Assembly (NCBI GenBank): GCA_026991395.1
Contig: JALXBP010000147.1
Location: 1-33,676, forward strand
Source: Anaerolineae bacterium
Lineage (GTDB): Bacteria > Chloroflexota > Anaerolineae > B4-G1 > SLSP01
Direction of reading: 5' to 3'
Length of the DNA: 33,676 bases
The stretch's first letter is position 1. Each line of letters opens with the position of its first letter. Below the pieces are notes generated by a model, which did no database searches, was not told the DNA's origin, and was given only the letters and a program-made list of their open reading frames with translations. The translations under genes were made by a program, and so were the position numbers. Shown in pieces: positions 1 through 10,907 of this stretch.

Positions 1-262
1 CGCCGTAGTAGCCGAGCGCATAGGAGAGCAGCGAGCCGACCGTGCAGCCGAGCGCGCCCCACAGCCCGCCGTGCCAGAGCGCGTGCCAGAGCGTCAGCCC
101 CTTGGCCTCCACCAGCATCCACCCGGCAAGCGGCATCGTCACCTCGCTGGGGATGGGGATGTTGGCGCTTTCCAGCGCCATGATGACGACAACGCCCGTC
201 CAGCCGATGGCGTCGAGGAACTGCTGCAGGAAGGCGACGATCTGGTGCTCGATAGCGTCCAC
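1..262 (-). CDS. DedA/TVP38-family membrane protein, 5' part; continues beyond the window edge
   Basis: Minus-strand reading from a GTG at 262 gives VDAIEHQIVAFLQQFLDAIGWTGVVVIMALESANIPIPSEVTMPLAGWM..., a DedA-type motif. A GGAGGA sits 9 nt upstream of the GTG. There is no stop before the window edge. Absent from the ORF track because it is truncated. Confidence 0.55.
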   Translation of the reverse strand, partial: MDAIEHQIVAFLQQFLDAIGWTGVVVIMALESANIPIPSEVTMPLAGWMLVEAKGLTLWHALWHGGLWGALGCTVGSLLSYALGYYG

Positions 263-294
263 GTCCGTTTGTCCTCCGAGGATGTCGTGGGGGC

Positions 295-322
295 ATTGTA
301 AGGAATGTGATGCTCCTGTCAA
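295..322 (-). promoter_or_regulatory. sigma70-type promoter for the DedA-like gene (TTGACA-16 nt-TACAAT on the minus strand)
   Basis: The reverse complement reads cTTGACAggagcatcacattcctTACAATgccc. The predicted TSS lies about 25 nt upstream of the GTG, with GGAGGA in the leader. Confidence 0.5.
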
Positions 323-377
323 GCTGTGCCGCAGGGAGGCCCGCGCGGTCGATTCCCTCCGAGAGGCTCTCGATTTT

Positions 378-405
378 TTGACAAGGCCCTGTTTTCTGTT
401 ACAAT
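378..405 (+). promoter_or_regulatory. sigma70-type promoter for the EF-G2 gene (TTGACA-16 nt-TACAAT)
   Basis: The sequence is tTTGACAaggccctgttttctgtTACAATgg, -35 at 378-383 and -10 at 400-405. It is divergent to the DedA promoter. Confidence 0.55.
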
Positions 406-426
406 GGCTCCCGCTTCGTGCATGGC

Positions 427-454
427 GACGGCCTGCAGGCCGTCTTTCTTTTGT
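427..454 (+). terminator. Intrinsic-terminator-like hairpin plus T-tract inside the EF-G2 5' leader; putative attenuator
   Basis: GACGGCC-TGCA-GGCCGTC is a perfect 7-bp GC stem with a 4-nt loop, followed directly by TTTCTTTTGT. It lies between the predicted TSS (about 412) and the EF-G start at 508. No gene precedes it on this strand. Confidence 0.45.
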
Positions 455-507
455 GGCAGCACGGCCCCGGCATCGGCACACAAGATCAGTTGGAGGAAAG
501 AAGGTAG

Positions 508-2571
<2,064 letters not shown>

Positions 2572-2623
2572 CGGCAGGATCGACGCCGCGCACTCTGTGA
2601 GAGGCACGATGTGGGTTGTCACA

Positions 2624-2650
2624 GGGGGACGGTCGAAACCGTCCCCCTTG
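2624..2650 (+). terminator. GC hairpin downstream of EF-G2 with a weak T-tract; possible terminator
   Basis: GGGGGACGG-tcgaaa-CCGTCCCCC is a 9-bp stem followed by TTGGGC, a poor U-run. It sits 50 nt after the EF-G2 stop. Confidence 0.35.
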
Positions 2651-2739
2651 GGCTATGAGACGGTCAGCGCACCTCTTTCTTGCGGGGGGCGTGGGGATCG
2701 AGGTGCCGTCGTGAGGCGAACGTTCTGAAAGGGGGAAGG

Positions 2740-3612
2740 ATGGAGCGGATCGACCCTGCGCTGCTGGGGCGGCTGCGTTTCGTAACCCGCCGCCGTCGGC
2801 AGGGGGGATGGGGGGAGCGTCGTTCGACGCGGCGCGGGCAGGGGCTGGAGTTCGCCGACTACCGCGACTACGTCCCCGGCGACGACCTGCGCCGCGTGGA
2901 CTGGAACCTCCTCGCCCGTCTCGACCGTCCCTACGTGCGGCTCTACGAGGAGGAGGCCGATCTCCACATCCACCTGCTCCTCGACGCGAGCGCCTCGATG
3001 GTCTGGGGCGAGGGGGCGGCGGCCCGCTGGCCCAAGGCACTGGCGCTGACGTTAGCCTTGGGTACCATCGCACTGCTCGGCGGGGAGGCCTTCGATGCGG
3101 TACTGTTGCGGGACGGGGCGCTGGATGCGCCGACGCCGCCGCTGCGCGGACGGGCGGCCCTCCCGCGCTGGGAGCGGTGGATCGGGGCGGCGACGGCCGC
3201 GGGGGAGACGGCGCTGGCCGACTCGGTGCGGCGTTTCCTCGCCAGCAAGCCGCGCCCGGGTCTTGCCGTCCTCATCAGCGACGGCTACGATCCGCAGGGC
3301 CTGACGGAGGGGATCAAGCGCCTGGCCGCACAGGGGCAGGAGGTCGTCCTGCTCCACCTGCTCACGCCGGAGGAACTGGAGCCGCCGCTGTGGGGCGAGG
3401 TGCGGTTGGTCGATGTGGAGCGGGGGACGACGCGGGAGGTTACGGTCGATAGAGCGGCGCAGGCGGCTTACGCGGCCCGTCTGGAGCGCTGGCAGGCGCA
3501 GTTGCGCGACAGGCTGGGGCGTTACGGCGGGCGCTACTGCCTCGTGCGCAGCGATCTCCCCCTCCGTCAGATGGTCCTGGAGGTGCTGCGCCGTGCGTCC
3601 GTCGTCCGATGA
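2740..3612 (+). CDS. DUF58 domain protein (the MoxR-associated vWA-like family), here with no MoxR ATPase neighbour
   Basis: The internal ATG at 2740 is preceded by GGGGGAAGG. The track ORF starts at a TTG at 2680. GQGLEFADYRDYVPGDDLRRVDWNLLARLDRPYVRLYEEE is the DUF58 signature. Downstream hhhhDASASM and LISDG motifs are vWA-like. Confidence 0.8.
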   Translation: MERIDPALLGRLRFVTRRRRQGGWGERRSTRRGQGLEFADYRDYVPGDDLRRVDWNLLARLDRPYVRLYEEEADLHIHLLLDASASMVWGEGAAARWPKALALTLALGTIALLGGEAFDAVLLRDGALDAPTPPLRGRAALPRWERWIGAATAAGETALADSVRRFLASKPRPGLAVLISDGYDPQGLTEGIKRLAAQGQEVVLLHLLTPEELEPPLWGEVRLVDVERGTTREVTVDRAAQAAYAARLERWQAQLRDRLGRYGGRYCLVRSDLPLRQMVLEVLRRASVVR

Positions 3613-4465
3613 ACGCGCTCCGGCGACCGTCGGAGGGGCGCTCCGCTGGGCGGCGGCGCAACTCCGTGCGGTTACCGATCGTCCCGTGCTGGAGGCGGAA
3701 CTGCTCCTCGCCGCCCTCCTGGGTGTCAGCCGCGCCTGGCTCTTCGCTCATCCGGAAGCGCCGTTGGACGAGGAGGCCCGCCGCGACTATGCGCGGTGGG
3801 TCGCCGAGCGGCGTGGCCATCGTCCGCTCCCCTACATCACCAACGAGGTCGAATTCTACGGCCTGCGTTTCATCGTCAACGAAGCGGTGCTCATCCCGCG
3901 TCCGGAAACCGAGCTTCTGGTCGAGGTGGCGCTGGCGTGGCTTTCCCGCCATCCGCACGCCGTCGGCGTCGATGCCTGTACCGGTTCCGGCTGCATCGCC
4001 GCGACGTTGGCCCACTTCGAGCCGGGGGTGCGTTTCTGCGCTACCGACATTTCGCCGGAGGCGCTCCGCGTGGCGCAGGCGAATCTCCGCTGGTTGCGGG
4101 TCGAAGGACAGGTACATCTGGTGCAGGGCGATCTGCTTTCGATGTGCCGTCGGCCTGTTGACTTCGTCTTCAGCAACCCGCCCTATGTCGCGGCGGAGGA
4201 GTGGGGCGCACTGCCGCCCTCGGTGCGCCGTGAGCCGCGCGTGGCGCTCTTTGGCGGGGAAGGGGGGCTGGCGATCATTCGGCGCTTGCTGGCACAGGCC
4301 GCCCGTGCGCTGCGCCCCGGCGGGCTGCTGCTGGTGGAGGTGGGGGCGCGACAGGGGGAGGCTGTTCTGGCCTTGGCGCACGCCTGCTTCCCCCGCGGTT
4401 CCATCCACCTGTTGCGCGATCTGGCCGACCGTCCGCGCCTGCTGCGCGTTGTGCGAGGAGAGTAG
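3593..4465 (+). CDS. prmC: Release factor glutamine N5-methyltransferase PrmC/HemK
   Basis: The GTG at 3593 has GGAGG 10 nt upstream and overlaps the DUF58 stop by 20 nt. The track ORF starts earlier in a junk N-terminus. GVDACTGSGCIA is the SAM-binding motif. The NPPY catalytic motif is present (FVFSNPPYV). A HemK N-domain precedes it. Confidence 0.85.
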   Translation: MRPSSDERAPATVGGALRWAAAQLRAVTDRPVLEAELLLAALLGVSRAWLFAHPEAPLDEEARRDYARWVAERRGHRPLPYITNEVEFYGLRFIVNEAVLIPRPETELLVEVALAWLSRHPHAVGVDACTGSGCIAATLAHFEPGVRFCATDISPEALRVAQANLRWLRVEGQVHLVQGDLLSMCRRPVDFVFSNPPYVAAEEWGALPPSVRREPRVALFGGEGGLAIIRRLLAQAARALRPGGLLLVEVGARQGEAVLALAHACFPRGSIHLLRDLADRPRLLRVVRGE

Positions 4466-4471
4466 CGCGTT

Positions 4472-5029
4472 CTACGAGAGACGCCATCGGCGCACGGCAG
4501 CATGGCCGAGCCTGCCGAGCAGCCAGCCGCCCGCCGAGGCCACGGCCACCATCGCCGCAATCCCGACGTGGTCATCCCAGAGGTGGCCGCCGCGAATCCA
4601 GGCGATGAGGCCGAGGTGGAGGGCGAAGAGGATCGCCGCCAGGGGGAAGGCGAACCAGACGAGCCTGCGGGATGAGCGCCGGAGGAAGGCGATCCCGGCC
4701 CACCAGAGCGGCAGGAGGCCGAGCCACACCGCCACCGCCCGCCCGTCGAGCCAGTAGCGGGTATCTTCCCAGGACCACCCCAGCGCGTAGAGGCTCACCG
4801 CCACGAGGCCCCCCAGGCGGGGCAGCCAGGGTGTCGTCAGGCCGAAGTCCGCTGCCGTGCGAGGAGGAGGTCCCGATTTCCTCGCCGTGCCGCGCGCGGC
4901 GGAGAAGAGGGTGCCGCAGTAGGCGCAGCGCTCCGCGCCGGGCTCCAGCGGTGCCCCGCAGTTCGGGCAGACGAGAGGCGTCGTCGTGTTCCTCGTCTCA
5001 GGTGTCGAACCGCTGACGAATGCCTCCAT
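4472..5029 (-). CDS. Zinc-ribbon membrane protein (hypothetical)
   Basis: 185 aa. N-terminal CPNCG...CAYCG is a Cys4 zinc ribbon, followed by 3-4 hydrophobic helices. It converges on prmC with a 6-nt gap. It overlaps the upstream beta-grasp ORF by 32 nt. Confidence 0.55.
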   Translation of the reverse strand: MEAFVSGSTPETRNTTTPLVCPNCGAPLEPGAERCAYCGTLFSAARGTARKSGPPPRTAADFGLTTPWLPRLGGLVAVSLYALGWSWEDTRYWLDGRAVAVWLGLLPLWWAGIAFLRRSSRRLVWFAFPLAAILFALHLGLIAWIRGGHLWDDHVGIAAMVAVASAGGWLLGRLGHAAVRRWRLS

Positions 5030-5378
5030 CCTCGCGCTGCTCCATCGCCTTGGTCAGCTTCTCGCTGTACTGGGCATCCATCCGGTACTGGCAGGGCCAC
5101 ATGCTCTTCTCGTGGAAGAAGGCGATACGCCCCTCGTCGGGGATGACGATGTCGAGATCGACGTAAAGCCCCGGCATCGAGGTCAGATCGCCGTTGAGGA
5201 GTGTGTAGCTGCGGGCCTCGTTGGGAATGCCGATCTGCGCCAGCAACTGCTCGATCGTCATCTCGCGCGGGACGTTCATCGTTCGCTCTGCCCCGATGCG
5301 GTTCCCCGGCTCGAAATACTCGGCCAGAGGGCCGTAGAGGATGACCGTGATCCGCTTTTCCTGTCCTTCGTTTGGCAT
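4998..5378 (-). CDS. MoaD/ThiS-like beta-grasp protein with a C-terminal extension and no terminal Gly-Gly
   Basis: 126 aa. ITVILYGPLAEY...TLLNGDL...LDIVIPDEGRIAFF aligns with the MoaD C-terminal pattern DGDEVAFFPPVTGG. The FPPxxGG tail is replaced by HEKSMW plus about 35 aa. Its start is coupled to the upstream gene through a TAATG overlap. Confidence 0.55.
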   Translation of the reverse strand: MPNEGQEKRITVILYGPLAEYFEPGNRIGAERTMNVPREMTIEQLLAQIGIPNEARSYTLLNGDLTSMPGLYVDLDIVIPDEGRIAFFHEKSMWPCQYRMDAQYSEKLTKAMEQREDGGIRQRFDT

Positions 5379-5620
5379 TAGCCGCCTCCTATGGGGGGAA
5401 AGATACCGACCTCATCGCCGTCGTGGAGAGCGTAGTACTGCGAACGAGCGACGCCGTTGACGAAGGAGACTTTGACCTCTTCCTGCGGGATGCCGAGCTT
5501 GTGCCAGAGGTCGGCGATGTCGCTCCCTTCGGGCAGTTCGACCTCGAACGGTTCCCCGGCGGCTTCGCCGTGAGGGGCAAAGGCCGTCAATGTGGCGAAG
5601 AGCTTGACTTTGATCTTCAC
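5378..5620 (-). CDS. MoaD/ThiS-family sulfur-carrier-like protein ending PPIGGG
   Basis: 80 aa. GTG start with GGAAAGGAGAGAGCG upstream. ...VNGV...LHDGDEVGIFPPIGGG is the hallmark MoaD/ThiS C-terminus with a free Gly-Gly(-Gly). Confidence 0.7.
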   Translation of the reverse strand: MKIKVKLFATLTAFAPHGEAAGEPFEVELPEGSDIADLWHKLGIPQEEVKVSFVNGVARSQYYALHDGDEVGIFPPIGGG

Positions 5621-5707
5621 CGCTCTCTCCTTTCCGTCATTCTGACCCTCAGCATAGCACCGGCGGCGGGAAAGGCAAAGGTTGCCGGAGGGAAGCCGTC
5701 TCGCCGT

Positions 5708-6706
5708 CTATGGCGTCTCGACGGGGATCGGGGAGGCGCTGCCGATGGTGGCGAGGAGGCGTTCCCGCTGCCGCGGCGCGGGCGGGTGGCCGCCCCGTTC
5801 CATCGCCAGGAGGAGGCCGCCTGCGACGGGCGGGACGCGCAAGCGGCGCAGTTCGGCACGCGGGGCGAGGGCGTGCAGCGTCTGCGCCATCGTCTTGGCC
5901 AGGAGAGGGCTGCCTTTGAACATACTGCCGATGAGGACGACCTCGAAGGAGAGGGCGGCGATCCCTAATTGGCGGACGACGGCCTTGGCCAGTTCGCCAA
6001 GTTCACGACCGGCCCAGCGGATCAGGTCCAAGGCGACGCCGTCCCCCTGCTCGGCGGCGCGGAAGACGAGGGGGGCCGCGGCGGCGTCGAGGGTGTAGCG
6101 TCCGGCCATCAGCCCGGCGAGGAAGTCATCCAGGTTCGCCGCGCCGCAGTAGTCCACGAAGAGAGGGGCCAGGGTGGTGTACGGGCCGCGTCCGGTCCAG
6201 GCGTAGGCCACGGCCTGCTGCGCTTTGAAGATCAGCTCACTGGCTCCGGCGAACTCGCCCATCTCGATGCCGCCGCCGGTTACGCGCCCGATGCGTGTGC
6301 GGTCGCGGGTCCAGCCCCAGGCGTTGCAGCCGGTGCCGGAGACGACGGCGACACCCCACCCCTCCCTCGTCCCGGCCAGGAGGCCGAGGATGGTATCGTT
6401 GACGACCTCGACTTCGGCCCGGAGACCGAGCGTGGCGATGGTCGCCAGGAGGAAGGGGCGGTCCTCCGGCCAGTCGTACCCGGCGATGCCGAAACCCGCG
6501 CCGTCGATGGCCTCCCGTCGCAGACCGGTTTCCCGCAGGAGACGGTCGAGGAGGGCCTGGAGGAGGGCGGCCATGCCATCGTACCCCACGGTATCGGGGT
6601 TGCCGGCGCCGCCGGTTGCCACGGCGAGCACCTGCCCCCGTTCATCTGCGATGGCGGCTTCGGTCTTGCTGCCGCCTGCGTCCACACCGAGGAAATAGGC
6701 TGTCAT
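5708..6706 (-). CDS. BadF/BadG/BcrA/BcrD-type ATPase, N-acetylglucosamine-kinase-like sugar kinase
   Basis: 332 aa. MTAYFLGVDAGGSKTEAAIADERGQVL is the ASKHA phosphate-1 motif of the GlcNAc kinase/BadF family. AAAGG lies before the ATG. It is the last gene of the LacI-regulated sugar operon. Confidence 0.8.
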   Translation of the reverse strand: MTAYFLGVDAGGSKTEAAIADERGQVLAVATGGAGNPDTVGYDGMAALLQALLDRLLRETGLRREAIDGAGFGIAGYDWPEDRPFLLATIATLGLRAEVEVVNDTILGLLAGTREGWGVAVVSGTGCNAWGWTRDRTRIGRVTGGGIEMGEFAGASELIFKAQQAVAYAWTGRGPYTTLAPLFVDYCGAANLDDFLAGLMAGRYTLDAAAAPLVFRAAEQGDGVALDLIRWAGRELGELAKAVVRQLGIAALSFEVVLIGSMFKGSPLLAKTMAQTLHALAPRAELRRLRVPPVAGGLLLAMERGGHPPAPRQRERLLATIGSASPIPVETP

Positions 6707-6743
6707 TGCCGACCTTTCGTCTGTGTTGTCACGCTGCCACGCT

Positions 6744-7625
6744 CTACGGCTGCGGCCAGAGGTCGTAGGCGGTGAAATCGACCCAGTAGAGGTCGCTCAG
6801 GTTGGAGAGGCGCTTGCGCAGGGCTTCGCCGATAGCGGCGGGCGGATCGTCCAGTTGCGACCACCAGCGGCGGTCGGAGGGATAGCCGTACTGGAAGCCG
6901 ACGGGGGCGGGGGCGTAGTAGTTGCCCCACATCTGGAACTCGGTGAGCATTGCCTCCAGGGAGTCGAACTGCTGGCTGTCGTCGATGAAGACGATCCCCT
7001 CGTGGAGGGTGAGCGGCAGGCGGTCGAAGAGCCAGTGCTTGACGAAGAGCTGGTAGCGCGGGTTGTGCCGCCGGACCGCCTCGGCCCAGGCAATGACCTC
7101 CTGCTCCGAGACGGCGCAGCCGTTCTCGCAGACGGTGTGGCGATACCATTCCGCATCGACGCCGAAGCCGACGATGGAGGAGTGAGCGCCGTAGCGGTCG
7201 AGGACGAGATCGATGAGCGTGACAACGTCGGCGCTTCCCGGCTCGACCTGGAGCCAGACGCGCACGCCCTCGCGGTCGAAGCGATCGAGGTAGCTTTCGT
7301 TGTCGTCCAGCGGGGAGAAGATGATGTGGGGAAGGTCGCCGTTCTGCACGCCCTCGGGGGCGGGGAAGTTCAGCCAGCAAGCATCATCGTTCACCGTTCC
7401 CACGATCCAGATGACGGTGGGCGCGGCGTCGTCGAAGCGCCCGGCCATATCCCTGGCCGAGGTGATCCACCAGTCGGCGTCGGGAAAGGGGGAGATGCCG
7501 TAGTGCGAGGCCCGCAGTCCGGCCCGGAGTGAAGGCTCCGGCGCGGGCGTCGAAGCAGGGGAGGCAGGTTGGCAGGCGGCGAGAAGGAGGACGAGCAAGA
7601 GCACGAGCAGGTGGCCGGGTTTCAT
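6744..7625 (-). CDS. Lipoprotein of unknown function, possibly a carbohydrate-active TIM-barrel-like protein
   Basis: The internal ATG at 7625 overlaps the GH4 stop as ATGA. The signal peptide MKPGHLLVLLLVLLLAAC carries a lipobox. The rest of the track ORF N-terminus is an R/P-rich artefact. The mature part is rich in W/Y/D, for example GFGVDAEWY. Confidence 0.6.
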   Translation of the reverse strand: MKPGHLLVLLLVLLLAACQPASPASTPAPEPSLRAGLRASHYGISPFPDADWWITSARDMAGRFDDAAPTVIWIVGTVNDDACWLNFPAPEGVQNGDLPHIIFSPLDDNESYLDRFDREGVRVWLQVEPGSADVVTLIDLVLDRYGAHSSIVGFGVDAEWYRHTVCENGCAVSEQEVIAWAEAVRRHNPRYQLFVKHWLFDRLPLTLHEGIVFIDDSQQFDSLEAMLTEFQMWGNYYAPAPVGFQYGYPSDRRWWSQLDDPPAAIGEALRKRLSNLSDLYWVDFTAYDLWPQP

Positions 7626-8926
7626 CGTCGATCTCCGGGGAAGAACTGGGGAAGGTAGGGGCGGTGAGCCTCCAGCATAGCTTCCACGGCCTCCTCGATG
7701 CGGTCGGCGGGAGGGCCGAGCGGATGGACGAGGAGAGCTTTGTAGGCGGCGTCGCGGTCGCCGTGGACGGCGGCTTCGACGGTGAGCAGCTCGTAGGCTT
7801 TGACCGCTGCCAGCAGGCCGAAGCGTTCCGGCGGCAGGGGGTCGGCGGGGATGGGCGTGATGCCGCTGTGGCGCACGCGGCAGGGCATCTCCAGCACCCA
7901 GTCGCCGGGCCATCCGGCGACTGCGCCGCGATGGGGCACGTTGACGACGTGGACTTCGTCCAGGTCGTTGGCGTGGGCGGTGATCAACTGGGTGGCGACG
8001 GTGGAGTAGTAGGCTCCGCCCCGCTTGCTCAGTTCGGGCGGCGGCTCGGTCAGCGCCGGGTCGGCGTAGCGGCGCAGGAGATCGCGTTCCACCTCCATCA
8101 CGACCTCCGCCCGCGAGGGGGGCCAGTGCTGCTGTTCGGCGAGCTTGCGATCGGTGTGGTAGTAGTACTGCAGGTAGTAGTTGGGGATGACGTCGAGCAC
8201 CTCGATGAGGCGTGGTTCCCATTCCGGCTCTTCCTCGCGGCGCAGTTGGGCCAGGTAGAGGGCAATGACCTCCGGCCAGCGGTCCACGCCGTCCACGAGG
8301 AAGCCGTAGTGCCAGGACAGGTGGTTCAGGCCCAACGTGACCAGTTGCGCCCGCTCCGGCTCGATGGTCTGCTCGCCCTCGTCGTGCAGCAGCTTCAGGA
8401 TCATCATCTTGGCGGTTACGGGGACGTTGCACAGGCCGACGGCGTGGCAGTCGGGTGCGTAGGTCGTCAGCGCCTGGGTGATCAGACCGGCGGGATTGGT
8501 GAAGTTCACGAGGAGCGCGTTGGGGGCGACGGCCTTCATCTCCTCGGCGATGTCGAGGATGACGGGGATGGTGCGTAACGCCTTCGCCATGCCGCCGATG
8601 CCGGTCGTTTCCTGGCCGATGATGCCGAAGCGCTTGCCGAGGTACTCATCCGCGCGGCGGGCGGCCATATGGCCGACGCGCAGTTGGGTGATGACGTAAT
8701 CGGCTCCGTTCAACGCCTCCCGCCGATCGGTGGTGGTGAGCAGGCGAAAAGGCTGTCCGTGCGCGGCGACCATTCGGCGGGCAAAGCCGCCGACGATCTC
8801 CAGCCGCTCGCGATCGATGTCCATCAGCCAGAGTTCCTCGAGGCCAAGCCTCTCGGCGCGTTCGAGGAAGCCGTTGATCAGCTCCGGAGTGTAGGTGGAG
8901 CCTCCTCCGATGACGGTTATCTTCAT
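7622..8926 (-). CDS. Glycoside hydrolase family 4 (NAD+/Mn2+-dependent alpha-glucosidase / 6-phospho-glycosidase family)
   Basis: 434 aa. MKITVIGGGSTYTPELI is the NAD-binding motif, GLCNVP the catalytic Cys motif, and NHLSW is present. GGGAGGA precedes the ATG. Confidence 0.9.
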   Translation of the reverse strand: MKITVIGGGSTYTPELINGFLERAERLGLEELWLMDIDRERLEIVGGFARRMVAAHGQPFRLLTTTDRREALNGADYVITQLRVGHMAARRADEYLGKRFGIIGQETTGIGGMAKALRTIPVILDIAEEMKAVAPNALLVNFTNPAGLITQALTTYAPDCHAVGLCNVPVTAKMMILKLLHDEGEQTIEPERAQLVTLGLNHLSWHYGFLVDGVDRWPEVIALYLAQLRREEEPEWEPRLIEVLDVIPNYYLQYYYHTDRKLAEQQHWPPSRAEVVMEVERDLLRRYADPALTEPPPELSKRGGAYYSTVATQLITAHANDLDEVHVVNVPHRGAVAGWPGDWVLEMPCRVRHSGITPIPADPLPPERFGLLAAVKAYELLTVEAAVHGDRDAAYKALLVHPLGPPADRIEEAVEAMLEAHRPYLPQFFPGDRR

Positions 8927-8941
8927 CTAATCCTCCCGAAG

Positions 8942-9988
8942 TTAGCCTTTGATGCCGGAGACGACGACGCCCTGGATGAAGAGCCGCTGGGCGAAGAAGA
9001 AGATGAGCACGGGGGGCACGACCATCATCAGGGAGGCCGCCATCAGCAGATGCCCCTGCTTGGCGTAGAGGGCGTTGAAGCCCTGCAGCCCCAGGGCCAG
9101 CGTCCAGTGTTCCGGACTCTGCAGGTAGATGAGGGGTTCGTAGAAGTCGTTCCAGGCATAGAGCATGGTGAAGATCGCCACCGTCGCCAGGGCGGGGAAG
9201 GACTGGGGGACGATGATCTTCCAGAGGATGCACCAGTAACTGCAGCCGTCGATGATGGCGGCCTCGTCCAGCTCGCGCGGGAGGCTCATAAAGAACTGGC
9301 GCAGGAGGAAGACGTCCCAGGCGTTGGCGAAGAAGGTGGGGATGATGAGGGGGTAGAGGGTGTCGTACCAGTGGATGCGGGTGAAGAGGATGAAGGTGGG
9401 GATGAGCGTAACCTGCGGCGGGAGCATCACCGTCGCCAGGAGGAGGAGGAAGAGCCAGTTCATCCCCGGAGCACGGAAACGGGCGAAGCCGTAGGCGACG
9501 AGGGTGCAGGAGAGCAGGGTACCGATGGTGCCGAAGACGACGATGAGCAGCGTATTCAGCGCGTAGCGGGCGAAGGGGGCAGCTTTCAAGGCGAGGCCGA
9601 AGTTTTCCCAGTGGAATTTGATCCTCGTAACCCGTTTGCCGTCGAGGACCGGCGCTTCGTATTGCTCCTCGGGGTTTTCGGGATCGACGAAGATGCCGGT
9701 GGGGCCGTTCTTGCGGTAGAGGGCAAGCCGCCGCATCTCGCCGTCGATGGGGATGTCGTAGAGGTAGCAGGCCCGCCCGTCGAGTTCGACCTTGACAGGC
9801 TCGCGCGGGATCCATTGCGGGGGGAAGGCATTCACGGCGTTCTTCCCTTTCAGCGAGGAGGAGATCATCCAGAGGAGGGGAATACTGATGGCCACGGCTC
9901 CGATGGTGAGGATGACGAGGCCGATGATCTTCTCCAGCCGCTCGGCCCGCTTCTTGCTGCGTTGGGGTTTGGTCGCTGAAGTCCTCAT
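8942..9988 (-). CDS. Carbohydrate ABC transporter permease (MalG/AraQ-like) with a large extracytoplasmic loop
   Basis: The true start is an internal ATG at 9988, overlapping the upstream stop as ATGA. The track ORF is extended to 10417. The EAA motif region is IDGCSYWCILWKIIVPQ. Six TM helices. Confidence 0.85.
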   Translation of the reverse strand: MRTSATKPQRSKKRAERLEKIIGLVILTIGAVAISIPLLWMISSSLKGKNAVNAFPPQWIPREPVKVELDGRACYLYDIPIDGEMRRLALYRKNGPTGIFVDPENPEEQYEAPVLDGKRVTRIKFHWENFGLALKAAPFARYALNTLLIVVFGTIGTLLSCTLVAYGFARFRAPGMNWLFLLLLATVMLPPQVTLIPTFILFTRIHWYDTLYPLIIPTFFANAWDVFLLRQFFMSLPRELDEAAIIDGCSYWCILWKIIVPQSFPALATVAIFTMLYAWNDFYEPLIYLQSPEHWTLALGLQGFNALYAKQGHLLMAASLMMVVPPVLIFFFAQRLFIQGVVVSGIKG

Positions 9989-10887
9989 CCGCGCATCTCT
10001 CCTTCGTAGTAAACCCAGAGGTCCGAGCTTTTGAAGACGAGGAGGGTGAAGACGAGGACGATGACGAAGAGCACCCAAGCCAGCGCCGAGGCGTAGCCCA
10101 TATTGCGATAGGTGAAGGCTTGCTTGTAGAGGTAGAGATTGTAGAAGAGCGTCGCATCGACGGGGCCGCCGCCGGTGAGGACGTAGGCATCGGTGAAGTA
10201 CTGGAAGGTGCCGATGATGCCCGTGACGAGGTTGTAGAAGATGACGGGCGACATCAGCGGCAGGGTGATGCGCGTGAGTTGCTGCCAGCGGTTCGCGCCG
10301 TCGATCTGCGCCGCCTCGTAGAGGGAGGTCGGGATGCCCTGCAAACCGGCGAGGTAGATGATCATCCCTCCGCCGACGCCCCACAGGCTCATCAGGATGA
10401 GGGCGGGCAAGGCCCACTGCGGGCTTGCCAGCCAGCCCGGCCCCTTGATGCCGACGAGGCTGAGGAGCCAGTTGATGACGCCGATGCGTGGATTGAAGAG
10501 AAGGCCCCAGAGGAGCGCCGTCGCCACACCCGGCATCACCGAGGGGAGGTAGTAGATGGTGCGCCAGAAGGCCACGCCCGGCACGCGGAGGTTGAGCAGG
10601 TAGGCCACGAGAAAGCCGAAGATGAGGTTGAGGGGGATGGCGATGAAGGCGTAGGTCATTGTGACGCGCAGGGCGTGCCAGAACTTCGGGTCGCCGGTGA
10701 AGAGCTTGACGTAGTTATCGAAGCCGACGAAGATGGGGGAGGAAGCGATGTCGTAGTGGGTCAAGGAGAGGACGAGGGAGGCGAGCATCGGCCCGGCGGT
10801 GAAGATGATGAAGCCAATGACCCACGGGCTGATGAAGAAATAGCCCCACAGGGATTCCCGTCGCCTGAGCGAAATCGATTTGAACAT
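9985..10887 (-). CDS. Carbohydrate ABC transporter permease (MalF/UgpA-like)
   Basis: 300 aa, six TM helices, EAA-loop region AAQIDGANRWQQLTRITLP. GAGGAG RBS. Confidence 0.9.
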   Translation of the reverse strand: MFKSISLRRRESLWGYFFISPWVIGFIIFTAGPMLASLVLSLTHYDIASSPIFVGFDNYVKLFTGDPKFWHALRVTMTYAFIAIPLNLIFGFLVAYLLNLRVPGVAFWRTIYYLPSVMPGVATALLWGLLFNPRIGVINWLLSLVGIKGPGWLASPQWALPALILMSLWGVGGGMIIYLAGLQGIPTSLYEAAQIDGANRWQQLTRITLPLMSPVIFYNLVTGIIGTFQYFTDAYVLTGGGPVDATLFYNLYLYKQAFTYRNMGYASALAWVLFVIVLVFTLLVFKSSDLWVYYEGEMRG

Positions 10888-10907
10888 AGCTTTGCTCCTC
10901 GGGGAGT

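Noticed and set aside
2680-2739. Upstream extension of the DUF58 ORF (TTG at 2680). The same kind of extension also affects the SBP, permease, lipoprotein, transaldolase, GT2 and ABC-2 ORFs in the track.
   Set aside because: In each case an internal ATG or GTG with a proper SD, and usually an ATGA or TAATG junction with the upstream gene, gives the biologically sensible N-terminus (signal peptide or conserved motif). The extension is low-complexity.
8646-10190. 514-aa minus ORF and the 436-aa plus ORF 8669..9979, across the GH4 and permease genes
   Set aside because: These are Arg/Pro/His-rich nonsense with no motifs. The real frames encode clear ABC permease and GH4 signatures.
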